A stretch of DNA of 64,000 bases from Abditibacterium sp. (lineage in GTDB: Bacteria; Armatimonadota; Abditibacteriia; Abditibacteriales; Abditibacteriaceae). The translations under genes and the position numbers were made by a program. Positions 35,792 through 46,800 of this stretch are shown piece by piece. The stretch's first letter is position 1. Each line of letters opens with the position of its first letter. The notes beneath the pieces were generated by a model. It was not told the DNA's origin and made no database searches. It was given only the letters and a program-made list of their open reading frames with translations. The stretch covers positions 1,088,001 to 1,152,000 of the forward strand of contig CBDASK010000003.1 in assembly GCA_965199495.1 (NCBI GenBank). Direction: 5' to 3'.

Positions 35792-37962
35792 CAGAACTCC
35801 TCCTCTTCTAAATCATCGGCAGAACTGTGTCTCAGCGTCTCGTCCCCTATAGAGGTATGAGATTGAGACTCTTCGGGAAAAGAAATCTCGTTTGCCTCTG
35901 ATTTATCTTCGGAGTTATGTCTCAGCATCTCATCCTCTATAAGGGTTTGAGATTGAGACACTTCATCCGAAGAATCTTCATCCTCGATCTCAAGCGAAGT
36001 TTGTGTGAAGTCTTCTACCAAATGGTATTTGCCACGCCCCCCACCAGTCTTTGTAATCGAACCCTGCTTTTCCAAGGCTTTTCTTACTCTGTGAAAGGTA
36101 GCGCGCGAGAGGCTTGAGGCCTTCTCCAAGTCAGTTGAAGTGGCTCCATTTGGTGATACTTCGCGCAAGAAGTTCAAGATGCTTGCCTCCTTCTCTCCTT
36201 CTTTTTCTGAGTCAGATTTTTGGTATTCGCCTTCGCAAGTCCAAGTGAAGGTTGATGGGTTCCATTGAAAAGACAGATTGATGTGTTCAACGTCACGTCC
36301 TACCACAAAAAATTTCGCTTGGTCACTATTTCGGTTCCTTTCCAGGATCAATACGCTATCTGCTGCAGCGGTTATTCCCGTTGAACCCGAAACACTCTTC
36401 AATATGTCATCTGTTACCATTTTCGTGGTATGATGAACAAGAATTATGGCGACACCAAATTTATCAGCAAGCGCCTTAAACTCTCCGATATGTTCGTAGT
36501 CTTCAGTGTAGATATCGGACCTATTAACTCTGGCCTGACGAAGTTTCTTGAACGTATCAACGATAACAAGACGAGCTTCTTGATGGGCGCTGAGCCATTC
36601 TTCCAACATCTCCTTCCCTCCTTGGTCGAAAGGAGGCCAGTCATCAGCGAAGTGGAGCGTTTCTGGTGCATCCGCTTCTTGGAGAACTTTGCCAAGCCTG
36701 TCTTGTAAACGCCTCTTCGTGTCTTCGAGCGCTAAGTAAAGAACATCTCCAGCTTCTACTGGAAACCGTCCAAATGCGGAACCACCCTTCGCAATGGTAA
36801 TCCCTAAATCAAGTGACATCCATGACTTCCCTATCTTAGGAGCGCCTACAAGAAGTGTTAATCCTTCCGGTATCAATCCCTCGACTGCCCAACGCATCGG
36901 AGGAAAATCTGCTGACATCAATTCTTTGGCAGTAAGAATCAAAGGAGATGATGGGCTGCTTAATGAGATGAGGCTCTGTAGCGTCTCACCTTCGATCAGA
37001 ATATGGTTCTCTGTAAGGTCTGCCAAAGCATCCTTTAGCGAAGAATTCTCCTTGCGACAATCTTCCCAAAAATCGGATGCGTCGTAACCTTGCTTGACCT
37101 CTGTAGGCCATTGCTTCGCGACTACGTCCAATCCAATGTGGCGAGCCGCCACGCATACGATTTTTGTTGACGATTGCCCGCATTCATCAGCATCAAGCAA
37201 GACGATCAACTTAGCGGTATTTTTGTCTTTTAGACATTGACAGATAACCTGGAAAGATTTAGCACTGCGTCCCTCTCCCAAGGGACAGATCGCACGAATT
37301 CCCTCTTGCCAGAAGAGCCAAACTGCTAATTCGCTATTGACTAAGTAAACGTCGTCGCCAGGTTCAACCAGATGGCAAGCATAAGCAACTGGAATTCCTT
37401 TGCTTTTGGTGTTGTTGTCCCACAGCGTTTTGGCAGGTTTTCTTGGTTTTCCCTGTTTGTCCTCGCTGGGTTGAAGGGCTGGATTTCGATATTTGACTCG
37501 GTGACGCCCCTCCTTCCCATCTGGGTGATGCGTGGGAAACTTTCGAGATTCACCCCATTCGGATTTAGCTCTCATAGGAGCAGAAATCTTGAAAATTTCA
37601 ACTGCTTCCTTTGATAAGCCACGCTCTTCAAGAGAACGAGTATCGTATTGCTTCTGATTGGATACTGTTTGCTTACTTGCGCTTGAGGCAAAGGAATCAG
37701 TCAAGATAGAAGTATTTGCTTCGCTCTTGTGTCCGCGTGATTGAGCTAACTCAAATACCTCTGCCTTTGTATATTTGAGTTGTCCATTTCGCTCGCTACC
37801 ATTTCCCTGAGGAAACAATGCGAACCGATCAGTCCCTTTCCCAGTGAACGGATTTGGGCCTCGGTATGTGTCACCATCTCTGATAGTGAGTCCTAAAGAA
37901 CTCGCAAGTGATGCGAGATCGCTGGGTTGCAATGAGCCAGTATTTAGAGGAAAATTTGACAT
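35791..37962 (-). CDS. Primase (TOPRIM-like)-RepA/AAA_25 helicase fusion
   Basis: VLLDADECG...GYDASD TOPRIM-like region; GAPKIGKS Walker A, YLALED, VIVDT, LVHHTTK and SGSTGI; C-terminal wHTH. Confidence 0.88.
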   Translation of the reverse strand: MSNFPLNTGSLQPSDLASLASSLGLTIRDGDTYRGPNPFTGKGTDRFALFPQGNGSERNGQLKYTKAEVFELAQSRGHKSEANTSILTDSFASSASKQTVSNQKQYDTRSLEERGLSKEAVEIFKISAPMRAKSEWGESRKFPTHHPDGKEGRHRVKYRNPALQPSEDKQGKPRKPAKTLWDNNTKSKGIPVAYACHLVEPGDDVYLVNSELAVWLFWQEGIRAICPLGEGRSAKSFQVICQCLKDKNTAKLIVLLDADECGQSSTKIVCVAARHIGLDVVAKQWPTEVKQGYDASDFWEDCRKENSSLKDALADLTENHILIEGETLQSLISLSSPSSPLILTAKELMSADFPPMRWAVEGLIPEGLTLLVGAPKIGKSWMSLDLGITIAKGGSAFGRFPVEAGDVLYLALEDTKRRLQDRLGKVLQEADAPETLHFADDWPPFDQGGKEMLEEWLSAHQEARLVIVDTFKKLRQARVNRSDIYTEDYEHIGEFKALADKFGVAIILVHHTTKMVTDDILKSVSGSTGITAAADSVLILERNRNSDQAKFFVVGRDVEHINLSFQWNPSTFTWTCEGEYQKSDSEKEGEKEASILNFLREVSPNGATSTDLEKASSLSRATFHRVRKALEKQGSITKTGGGRGKYHLVEDFTQTSLEIEDEDSSDEVSQSQTLIEDEMLRHNSEDKSEANEISFPEESQSHTSIGDETLRHSSADDLEEEEF
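35828..35964. repeat. Two 47-bp imperfect direct repeats (90-bp period), each internally palindromic
   Basis: 35828-35874 vs 35918-35964, 40/47 identical; gtctca...tgagac. Confidence 0.8.
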
Positions 37963-38029
37963 TGGCTATATCGCGCGCCGTGAAATTACGGCGCGCTTTG
38001 TTTTCACCAAACGTTTTGTCGCTTGGGTA

Positions 38030-38164
38030 CTAATTTCCCCCTTCTTTGGATTCAAGCAAGATTGCGTTCTTAGGCCTCATCTTTGATGCAATTAAAATGA
38101 GAACCGCTTGGAGTTGGCGATCTTGGCTGGGCGTAAAAACGCGCTCAACAATAATCGGTGTCAT
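38030..38164 (-). CDS. 44-aa small ORF coupled to the HTH gene
   Basis: ATGA overlap with the HTH stop; MTPIIVERVFTPSQDRQLQAVLILI... Confidence 0.5.
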   Translation of the reverse strand: MTPIIVERVFTPSQDRQLQAVLILIASKMRPKNAILLESKEGGN

Positions 38165-38382
38165 GACTTCACCCCCGCTTCTTCATTCACATCAGCGTCT
38201 TCCCAGATGTCTTCTACATCCACTTCGAGCGCAGTGGCAATCTTCTGCTGAGTCGTGAGACTGGGCACAAAATCCCACTTTTCGATTGCGGTGATTGTAG
38301 AGGTGCTAACTCCTGATTTCACCGATAGTCCCCAACTGGCCAATTTTTGAGATTGGCGGATCTCCTTCAAGTTATTCTGCAT
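38161..38382 (-). CDS. XRE/Cro-like HTH regulator
   Basis: NNLKEIR...SGVSTSTITAIEK...PS...KIATALEV; start taken at MQNNL. Confidence 0.88.
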   Translation of the reverse strand: MQNNLKEIRQSQKLASWGLSVKSGVSTSTITAIEKWDFVPSLTTQQKIATALEVDVEDIWEDADVNEEAGVKS

Positions 38383-38512
38383 GAAACTCCTCGCCGGCAA
38401 CTGCTATTGCCGTTGCGGCTACTAACGGGTTAAAGTTGACTCGAATTTGGTTAAACTTCCATCAGCGTTTAAGGCGTTTATCTGTGACTATCTGTGACAT
38501 CAGGAGAAAATT

Positions 38513-39343
38513 TTGAGCAAGGAATCCACAAACAAAAACGATGACATTATTCTTGGTTATGAATGGATGAATTCTATTGATGATTTCTCGGGAGCGCCAT
38601 TATTGTGGGCACGAGGCGAAGCGGAAATCAATGGCGATGAGATCGGCATAAAACCACGCGAATTTTATGCGGTTGATGGGAATGAATTCCTACTCTTAAT
38701 CGACGTGTCCGATCTTGCCACCGTTTTTTTATCAGAAAAAGTCTCGCGCGCGCGCAAAGAGGAAGAGCTACATAGATTTACAGATAGACATGGGCTACTA
38801 CTTTATGGTTGGCGTGAAGACAGAATCCATGCAAAAGACTGGAAGATGACATGGACCCAGTGGGAAGAAAACTTAGCAGAAATCCAGAGCTGTTTAGTTG
38901 TCTATGCACGCCTAAAAGAGTGTCTTGATGGTAATGCCAAATTTGTAAACTGGTGGAAAGAGGAAATCAGGAAGTCTTTTTCGCGCACTGACACACTCAA
39001 TAAAATCGACATAACCAATACAATGGCCCTGCATCATGCATCTAATGTATTAGGAGCGGCTTTAAGCGCACACCTCAGCGAGTGCCCAGTTCAAGTTATT
39101 TCTCATTCCCTGATGAAGAAAGTAGGAGTTTTGCAGAGAGCCGAACCAACTCGGCTTAGTTTTGGTATCTGTGTCCGAAGCCTAATCCATGTTATTTACA
39201 GGTTTATTGCAACTATTGCTGTTGAAAGCAAACCAATCTTGATATGTGTTAATTGCGGAAGGTTATTCGAAGCACGGAGCAAAACTGCAACTTGTAGAGA
39301 TGCATGCCGTAAAGAGCTATCCCGTTCCATACCAGAAACATAG
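38513..39343 (+). CDS. Hypothetical protein with C-terminal CxxC...CxxxC zinc finger
   Basis: ICVNCGRLF...TCRDACRK; aggag RBS before TTG. Confidence 0.75.
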   Translation: MSKESTNKNDDIILGYEWMNSIDDFSGAPLLWARGEAEINGDEIGIKPREFYAVDGNEFLLLIDVSDLATVFLSEKVSRARKEEELHRFTDRHGLLLYGWREDRIHAKDWKMTWTQWEENLAEIQSCLVVYARLKECLDGNAKFVNWWKEEIRKSFSRTDTLNKIDITNTMALHHASNVLGAALSAHLSECPVQVISHSLMKKVGVLQRAEPTRLSFGICVRSLIHVIYRFIATIAVESKPILICVNCGRLFEARSKTATCRDACRKELSRSIPET

Positions 39344-39442
39344 GAGTTACGCAGTTGGGAAATTTTGAGTGTGGACGTGATCTGCTTTTGCGTTTTTTCG
39401 CTCCACGCTCAAACGTGAAAATCTTCAACTGCGTAACTCCTA
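39341..39442. other. Long hairpin between convergent genes
   Basis: Perfect 17-bp arms taggagttacgcagttg/caactgcgtaactccta plus inner stem tttgagtgtgga/tccacgctcaaa. Confidence 0.75.
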
Positions 39443-39479
39443 AAACATAAGCATCAAATACACAAATGAATTCGAATTG

Positions 39480-40601
39480 TTAGCTGTTTTCGTCTGAGTC
39501 ACTCAATGCGAAATGACGGATGAGCTTATCCAACGTGAATGCGTTTGACAGGCGGCAGACGCTATTTTGGTTGGCGAACATTCCTGTTTCTCGATAGGCT
39601 TGCTCACGTTCGACAGTATGAATCCAACGCACAGGAACAACATACTCGCAATCGTCAAGGTTATCGGCATCGTGCCCCATATTGGGCGCATCTAAAGGCA
39701 ATTCCAGCAAAGGGATTTGTCCTTCTGCCCTGTCCGCTTGCCACTGCGTTGCAGGTATAGCATCGCCCTCCACGATTCCAACACCCGCGTAACCGCTACC
39801 AAAACCGTCGCCCGCAGGAAGATATGCGAATACGCGCGCTCCCTTGAATAAAAGTTGTAAGGAGCGGCTATACCACTTGCCACCGCCAGCGGCGATGAAG
39901 CCATAGCGACGACAATCTTCCCAATGGCGAAAATCGTCTTGGAGCACGTTTACGTAGAAATCTTTGCCATTCCAAACTTCACTTGTTGTGCTCTTGCTGC
40001 TCTTCTTAGGTGGTTGAACTTCTGTAGTGTGTGGATCGAGCAACCAGGTGCGTGCCAGCATTGGAGTCCCGCTTTCTTTGAAAAAGTGGAAGAATACAGC
40101 ATTGATTGGCACGCCATAATTATCTGTCAGGTAGCCAATGATCCGCTCAGTTTCACTATCCAATCGGGCGGCTACAATAACGAGGCGATGACCAGCATTT
40201 ATCACTTCGGGAAGCGAGCCGCCAAAGGATTCTTCGTAAACACTTTCAAATGCTAAAGTGGGATTATTATCGGCGAAGATACGCACGATGTCATCATAAG
40301 AAAGCCCTTGAACCCACGACCCATAATCGAGAGTCTGCGCGACTACATCACGAGGCGTTTTATCTCGCTTCAACTCGATCACGACCAAATAGCCCTCTCT
40401 ATCCATTGCCAAAATGTCGATGAACTTACCCGAAGCTGTAACGACTTGTCGCCCTAACAACATCAATCCAGGCGCAACAATAGATAAATCCTGCACAATA
40501 GCGTCTTCCAAATGACGCTCTAAATCGGGCGCACTAAACGTAATCGGCTCTGGTTTGAGTTCAGTTCCGGTAAGTCTCCAAATCTTGAGTTCAATAGGCA
40601 T
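39480..40601 (-). CDS. NucS/DUF91-like PD-(D/E)XK endonuclease
   Basis: LERHLED, GRQV, IDILA and VIELKRD...VVAQ.LDY motifs; start at MPIELK. Confidence 0.85.
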   Translation of the reverse strand: MPIELKIWRLTGTELKPEPITFSAPDLERHLEDAIVQDLSIVAPGLMLLGRQVVTASGKFIDILAMDREGYLVVIELKRDKTPRDVVAQTLDYGSWVQGLSYDDIVRIFADNNPTLAFESVYEESFGGSLPEVINAGHRLVIVAARLDSETERIIGYLTDNYGVPINAVFFHFFKESGTPMLARTWLLDPHTTEVQPPKKSSKSTTSEVWNGKDFYVNVLQDDFRHWEDCRRYGFIAAGGGKWYSRSLQLLFKGARVFAYLPAGDGFGSGYAGVGIVEGDAIPATQWQADRAEGQIPLLELPLDAPNMGHDADNLDDCEYVVPVRWIHTVEREQAYRETGMFANQNSVCRLSNAFTLDKLIRHFALSDSDENS

Positions 40602-40808
40602 AATGACACAAATTCTTTTATTTCCGCAACCACTCTCAATCGAGAGAATAAAGCAATTCAATTGCTCACGTCAACTTGAAAACATTGATGGATTTGGCTC
40701 ACAGTTTACGTATATTACTCAGGGTAAACTTCCGATCAACTCGCCCACTTTTGCAAGCATCAATTCTATTTTGAAAGTGCCTACAAGCTACGCTTAACGA
40801 GAGGGTAA

Positions 40809-43079
40809 TTAGGTTGACGTGATGCTGGCCGAACTTTGGCGCTGTCTCAAAATGTAATCGGCCTGCTTCTCAAATTTGGATGCAGTGAGCTTATCCAAAA
40901 CATCCCAGTTTGAGGTGTCAAGAGCCGCAATTCGAGTCTTGACCTCATCCAAATTTTCCAGCCAATCAAAAACGCCAAGGATGATTTCTACGTCATTGAA
41001 CACTGGTGGGTCGTTCACAATCGTGCTTATAGAGCGAAAATGAATGAGGAAGGTGTGCAACTGATCATCCTTTTCGATTTGAGCATTAACCCAATCTTTT
41101 AGGGTCTCTGGCTGAGTTTCTGCCCAAAAGTTGATGGAATGTAGGTAAAGGGGCGAATTCCAAAGCGTTCCGTCTATGGCATGAGCGGCGATACGCTCCA
41201 CGAGAAGCCAGCGGAGTTGACTCAATTGTTCGGTTGTTGCACATGCTTTTTGAAGTGCCCAGACTTCATTTTTAGCGTTGATGCTCTCATTCTTCTGATC
41301 TTCTTTCTGTAGTTCTGCTACAAAAGCGGCGGGAATTCCATAGGCCAAAGAATTGGTTAAAGCCTCAATCAGCACCAAACCTCGTGTTTCTACGTCTGGC
41401 ATTGTTTTCAGCACCTCCTCAATGAAAACCGACACCCAGAGATATAAATCAAGTTCTCTGCCGTGCGCGTCGCTAAAGTTTAATATCGTCGTCAGCAGAC
41501 TTATGTTGTGTTCTTCAGGAACCTTGTCGATGCGCTGTAGTATTTCTCCCAAAAAGACCGTTAAAAGTTCTTGTTTTCTAAAATCGTCGAGCTGCTCCCA
41601 CATAGCTTCGGGTTGCCCGAAGCTATAATAGAATTTTTGAATCTGAGCCTGCGAAATCTGGTTTTGTGGGACTCGCAAAGCGAAGTAGGATGAGGCTTTC
41701 CATAGTGCGTTCCGCCTGTTGTGAATGGCGTATGATTTAGCCTCTTTGGATGTCTTGAAAGCCCAATAAGCTTGAGGGAATACCCATGTCAGAACTTTGC
41801 GCCCTGCATGACTTCGGTGTCCAGAGAGCTTTAACAGGACGGCTACTATCTCAGCGTTACCAGGAACTTCATCTTCATCAAGATTAGAATTTCCTAAAAC
41901 GTGTGCATACTGGCCATGCTCTTTGTTAGTAGATCGACGCGGATTGACCAAGTATTCTTTCACGTTTGGTAATTGTGCGTATACCTTTGGTTCCGTAATA
42001 CGAAGTGCTTCAAGCGCGACAAAATCGGCTAAATCAACTTCAAGCCCAGCTTCACCCACCATGATTGCGAGCGAAAACTCAAGCGCATTAAGCAAGCGAA
42101 TAATGTCGCGGGGTTGCGAGAGCAGTTCTCCCAATCCTCCTTTCTCCCACAGCAAATCGATATCGGATTTATATTCAGCGGAAAACGAGAGTTGCCAAGA
42201 CTTCAGTATTTTCTCGATACCGTCCTTCATCAGGACTTGCCGCTGCGTAGCGTGAATAGTAGGGACATCAATGGGAAGCTGAACAATCTTATCGAGGTAA
42301 TCGCGGCCATACTCGCCGAGCCGCGTTACTAACGCTTCTTCGACGCGGTCTCTTTGCATTAAGAGCAGATAAGTAAAGTTGGGAAAGTCCGCGTTGGCCT
42401 TCACCAATTGGAAGACGAGCATCATTTCTTCGACTTCCAAGCGATCAATGTCATCAATAACAACCAACAGCGGTTTCTCTAACTTTTTGAGTGCCTCACG
42501 CAAATCCTTTTTCTGTTGCTTTAAGCTCGTCTTAAATTCACCCATCGCGTCAACACCCAAATCCAGAACATCAGAAATATCCTTGGCGCCCTTGGCAGCC
42601 GTATTACCAACAATGGAAGCACCCGCTAATCCAAACGTTTCTCCTGCAATGCCTACCCATTTCACAGTGTTACCTAATAGAGCCAGATTCTTACTATAAC
42701 TCCGCAATTTTTGACGACCATCGTTTTGCTCCTCATGCCCTATTTTGAGCGCGATCTCGCCGAAAAAAGCAGCGAACAAAGCGTTTGAATCTTTCAATTG
42801 CCAAGGGTCAAACTCCACGATCTCTGGCCCTGCATTATCCTCTTCGAGCACCTCTAAAACCATGTTCTTGATCGAGGATTTTCCGCAACCCCACGCTCCT
42901 TGCAAACAGACGACAAAACTCTCTCGCCCCTCGCGGCGTTTGATGCTCGCAGCTAAATGTCGAGCGAATTTCTCTCGCCCGAACAAGTCTTGTTCCAAAT
43001 GCTCAATGGGCCGGTCAGAAGCGAACTCAGAGTTGTTCTCTTCTGCGTTTAGTGGCTCTTGTTCAGTGTCGTTATTCAT
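40809..43079 (-). CDS. KAP family P-loop NTPase
   Basis: DRPI..DLFGR, GAWGCGKSS, FDPW, VVIDDIDRL, YLDKIVQ and PRDIIR motifs. Confidence 0.93.
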   Translation of the reverse strand: MNNDTEQEPLNAEENNSEFASDRPIEHLEQDLFGREKFARHLAASIKRREGRESFVVCLQGAWGCGKSSIKNMVLEVLEEDNAGPEIVEFDPWQLKDSNALFAAFFGEIALKIGHEEQNDGRQKLRSYSKNLALLGNTVKWVGIAGETFGLAGASIVGNTAAKGAKDISDVLDLGVDAMGEFKTSLKQQKKDLREALKKLEKPLLVVIDDIDRLEVEEMMLVFQLVKANADFPNFTYLLLMQRDRVEEALVTRLGEYGRDYLDKIVQLPIDVPTIHATQRQVLMKDGIEKILKSWQLSFSAEYKSDIDLLWEKGGLGELLSQPRDIIRLLNALEFSLAIMVGEAGLEVDLADFVALEALRITEPKVYAQLPNVKEYLVNPRRSTNKEHGQYAHVLGNSNLDEDEVPGNAEIVAVLLKLSGHRSHAGRKVLTWVFPQAYWAFKTSKEAKSYAIHNRRNALWKASSYFALRVPQNQISQAQIQKFYYSFGQPEAMWEQLDDFRKQELLTVFLGEILQRIDKVPEEHNISLLTTILNFSDAHGRELDLYLWVSVFIEEVLKTMPDVETRGLVLIEALTNSLAYGIPAAFVAELQKEDQKNESINAKNEVWALQKACATTEQLSQLRWLLVERIAAHAIDGTLWNSPLYLHSINFWAETQPETLKDWVNAQIEKDDQLHTFLIHFRSISTIVNDPPVFNDVEIILGVFDWLENLDEVKTRIAALDTSNWDVLDKLTASKFEKQADYILRQRQSSASITST

Positions 43080-43088
43080 AGTTTTCCT

Positions 43089-43859
43089 TTAAATTTTCTC
43101 TCCCCACTCTTCCAACTTCGCTTTGCGCGCTTTCCAATCCGGCAGAAACCGACTGAGCAAGCGATAAAACTCTGGCCCGTGATGCGGGATTTGTAGGTGG
43201 CAGAGTTCATGGAACAGCACGTATTCGATGCAATCCACTGGCGTTTTAACTAAGTCGAGGCCCAACATCAATTTGCCGCCCGCCGTGCAACTTCCCCAGC
43301 GTTTTTCCATGCGGCGCACTTCCCATGTCGGCGGCGCGCTTAACTCCAAACTACGCGCGCCCGCCAGACACTTCTCCAACCACAACGCGAATACTTCGTG
43401 TGCTCGCTCGCGATACCATTCGGTTAGCGATTTCTGCACACGCTCGGTGCGCGATGCTTCGCTCTCATCATACGGCGATTGGGCACGCACCCACAAAAAT
43501 TGGTCTTCAAGCGTAACACCTGCGCGCTCGGATTCGCCGTCGTGCAATTGAATTAATTTGAGACGATAGGCGCGGCCCAGATACCAGTGCGTTTCTCCGG
43601 CGAAGTAGCCGTGTCGGTCATTCGCGGGCTGCGCCGTGGCTGGTGAGAAGCCGCGCCACTGAGTTGCGATCCAACGTGCCTTGGCGTCCACGCGCTTGAG
43701 AACAGTAGCCACGTCAGCGCCGTGCGGCGCCACGACGCTCAAACTACGGTCGGGATGAACCGAAATCGCCACACTTTTGCGCTTGCTATTCTCGATGTTA
43801 AACGGCAATTCGAGCGCGCCGTAACTCAAGATGAAGCCGGACGAAGTTTCGCGGATCAT
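43089..43859 (-). CDS. M48/YgjP (SprT-like) metallopeptidase associated with type I RM
   Basis: GETHWYLGR, MEKRWGSC and EYVLFHELCH motifs; ATGA overlap with hsdR. Confidence 0.9.
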   Translation of the reverse strand: MIRETSSGFILSYGALELPFNIENSKRKSVAISVHPDRSLSVVAPHGADVATVLKRVDAKARWIATQWRGFSPATAQPANDRHGYFAGETHWYLGRAYRLKLIQLHDGESERAGVTLEDQFLWVRAQSPYDESEASRTERVQKSLTEWYRERAHEVFALWLEKCLAGARSLELSAPPTWEVRRMEKRWGSCTAGGKLMLGLDLVKTPVDCIEYVLFHELCHLQIPHHGPEFYRLLSRFLPDWKARKAKLEEWGEKI

Positions 43860-46800
43860 TGGGCATATCTCCGTTTAGCGACTTCGAGCGTGCGCTCTAA
43901 CAACGCATCAATGTCATCGTAATCCCATTTGAAGCCGCTATCTTTAGCGCCATCGAGCCAGGCCGATTCCAAATCGATTTTCAACTGATTTTGCAAATCT
44001 TCGTTGTTTTGCCAGTTCACAATGAGCGCCTTTTTGATGATGCCGTTGGTTTGCAAAGCCCACTGCGCGGCGGCTTCATCTATGTCGCTTTCACTGCGGT
44101 ATTTCGCTTTCAGAAGAGGTTCCAGTGCGGGGCGCAACAGGCCATAAAACGCTTGGGCGACCGATTCATCGCGCAGTGAAGCGGGTAACTCTTTGGCGCG
44201 CGCGCTGCCGCTTTCGCCCAGAGTTTTGACGCGATTGAGATACGTCGCTTCGTCAATGCGATTGCGGGCGAAGTCTTCGATGGCCTCTTCGACTAAGCGC
44301 GAAAACTTCTCGTAAAACGCGGGGTCTTCCTCCATTTTAGCGACTGCCGTTTTCTTCAAACGATGAGCGATTTGGTCGGCTTTAGCGCCATCGCTGAGAT
44401 CGGGCGCACCCTCGACTTTGGCGATTTCGCGCGCGAAAGCCTCGCTGTCGAAAATATCAAATTGTTCAACGATGATTTTCGCGGCTTCGGCTTTAACATG
44501 GTCGCCCAACAGCTTGCGTATTTGGTTCTCGTAATCCTTGAAGTCCACCTTCTCCGCATAACGACGGGCCACGCTTTGGCGCAGCGACTCGAAGAACTTG
44601 AAATCGCGATCATATTTTTTCTGCGTGGCTCCATCGGTCGAGTTGAGATAAGTCACCGAAGCCCGCGCGATTTGTAGGCACTTGGCGAACGCGGTCAAGC
44701 GTTCGTAAAACTCGTCGCGTTTAGACTGCTCGGCCAGATGGCGCTCCATCGCTTCGCCATCGGCGCGATTGACGCCCTCGAATAAAGCCCAGATTTCGCT
44801 CCAACGTTCGGGTAAATCCTCTAAAATCTTGGCAACACTGGTAACCGTATCTGCCACATCTTCGGCGTCGTAACCCTCGTTGGCGAGCTGGTCATAGAAG
44901 CTCATTGCCTGATTAAGATTGCCCAACACGCCGCGATAATCCACTATGTGCCCATAATCTTTGCCCGCGAAGCGTCGGTTGACGCGCGCGATAGCTTGCA
45001 ACAGCGTGTGCCCGTCGAGCGAGCGCGTCAAATACATCACTGTGTCGCGCGGCGCGTCGAATCCAGTGATGAGCTTGGAAACCACGATAAGGATTTCGGG
45101 GCCTTCGCTCCCCTTGAAGGCAGCGACGATTTCATCGTTATATTTCTTCTCCGAGTTGCCAAAGCGCGTCATCATCTTCTTCCAAAAGTCTTGCACCGTC
45201 GAGATGTTGCTTTCATCGGTGTCAACATGATCTTCGCGCGTATCAGGCGCCGAAATTATCACGTCGTTTTTGATGTCGCTATATTGATTCAAAAACTTCT
45301 GGTAAAGCACCGCCGTGGCTTTGTCGGGCGCGACCAATTGCGCCTTGAAACCCTTACCGCTCCAGTTGTCCTCCCAATGCTGAATAATGTCGAGAGCAAT
45401 CTCTTCGATGCGAGTTTCGACTTTATTGATTTCGTCAGCACGCGACAGTTTGCGCTTCAAGTCGGCTTTTTGTTCATCGCTCAGTTTACGGGTGACGCGC
45501 TCGAAATAACGGTCGAGGTTGGGACTATCTACCGTCTGCGGCACTTCGCGGCCTTCGTAAAGCAACGGCACGACGGCGCCATCAGCCACGGCCTGACGAA
45601 TGGTGTAAACCGGCTGAATCAGGCCGCCGAACTTATCAATCGTATCTTTACCCATTTCGCCATTGACGCCCTTTTTCTTGATCGGCGTGCCGGTGAAACC
45701 GAGATAACAGGCGTTGGGCAAAGCCTGTTTCATTTGAGTGTGAAAAATGTTGAATTGCGAGCGATGGCACTCGTCTACCATCACGAAAATATTGGGGAGA
45801 TTGAGACGTAGCGGCGCGCGCCCAGTTTTAGGATCCCCCTGAGCGGCGCTGCCAAACTTGTTGATAATCGTCGTGATAATCTGGCTGCTCTGGCTTTTCA
45901 ACAATCCTGGCAATTGCGGGCCAGTCGGTGCCTTCACGACGTCCATGCCGCAGTTGGAGAAGTTGGTCAGGATTTGACCATCCAACTCGATGCGGTCGTT
46001 GACCAGAATGATTTTAGTGCCTGGCAATTCCAGCCGCGCGATGGCTTTGGCCAGCATCACCATCGTCAGCGACTTGCCGCTGCCCTGAGTGTGCCAAACC
46101 ACCCCACCCCGCTCCTTGTCGCCACCGGCGCGCGCTTGAATGCGCTCGATGATGTTTTTGACCACGAAGAATTGTTGATAGCGCGCGACCTTCTTCTCGC
46201 CCGCATCAAACAACGTGAACTCGCGCGCCAGTTCCAACAGTCGCTGTGGACGAAACAAAGAGTAGAGCAATTGGTCTTGAGCAGTCGTTAAACGAGAAGT
46301 CTCTAACGCTTCAAACTGCGCGCGCGCGGCATCGGTGCGAGTCTTGAACATCTCGTCTTTGACCGCTTTCGATAAAGGCTTGCGAACTAAGGTTTGTAGT
46401 TCGGGCGATTCATCTTCGCGCCACAGCGACCATTCGTGGTCGGGTGCGCCGACAGTCGAGTATTTGGCCTCATTCGTGGCGATGCCGCCCAAAAGTTGGA
46501 TAGTGCCAAAGAGCGCGGGAATCTCATCGGCTTTCTGGTTTCGCAACTGCTGCGAAATCGCCTCTTTTACTCCTTTAGTCGGACGCTTACATTCGATGAC
46601 TGCGAAGGGGATGCCGTTGACGAAGAGCACCAAATCGGGCCGCCGTAGCTCAGAAGAGTTGGTTCGCTGCACCTCGAACTCTTCGGTGACGTGAAAAACA
46701 TTGTTTTGTAGACACGTCACCGGATCCCAGTCGATGTATTGCAGGGTATGGCTTTTGGTGTCTCCGTTGATGGTTTGCGGCAACGATTTACCCAACAGTA

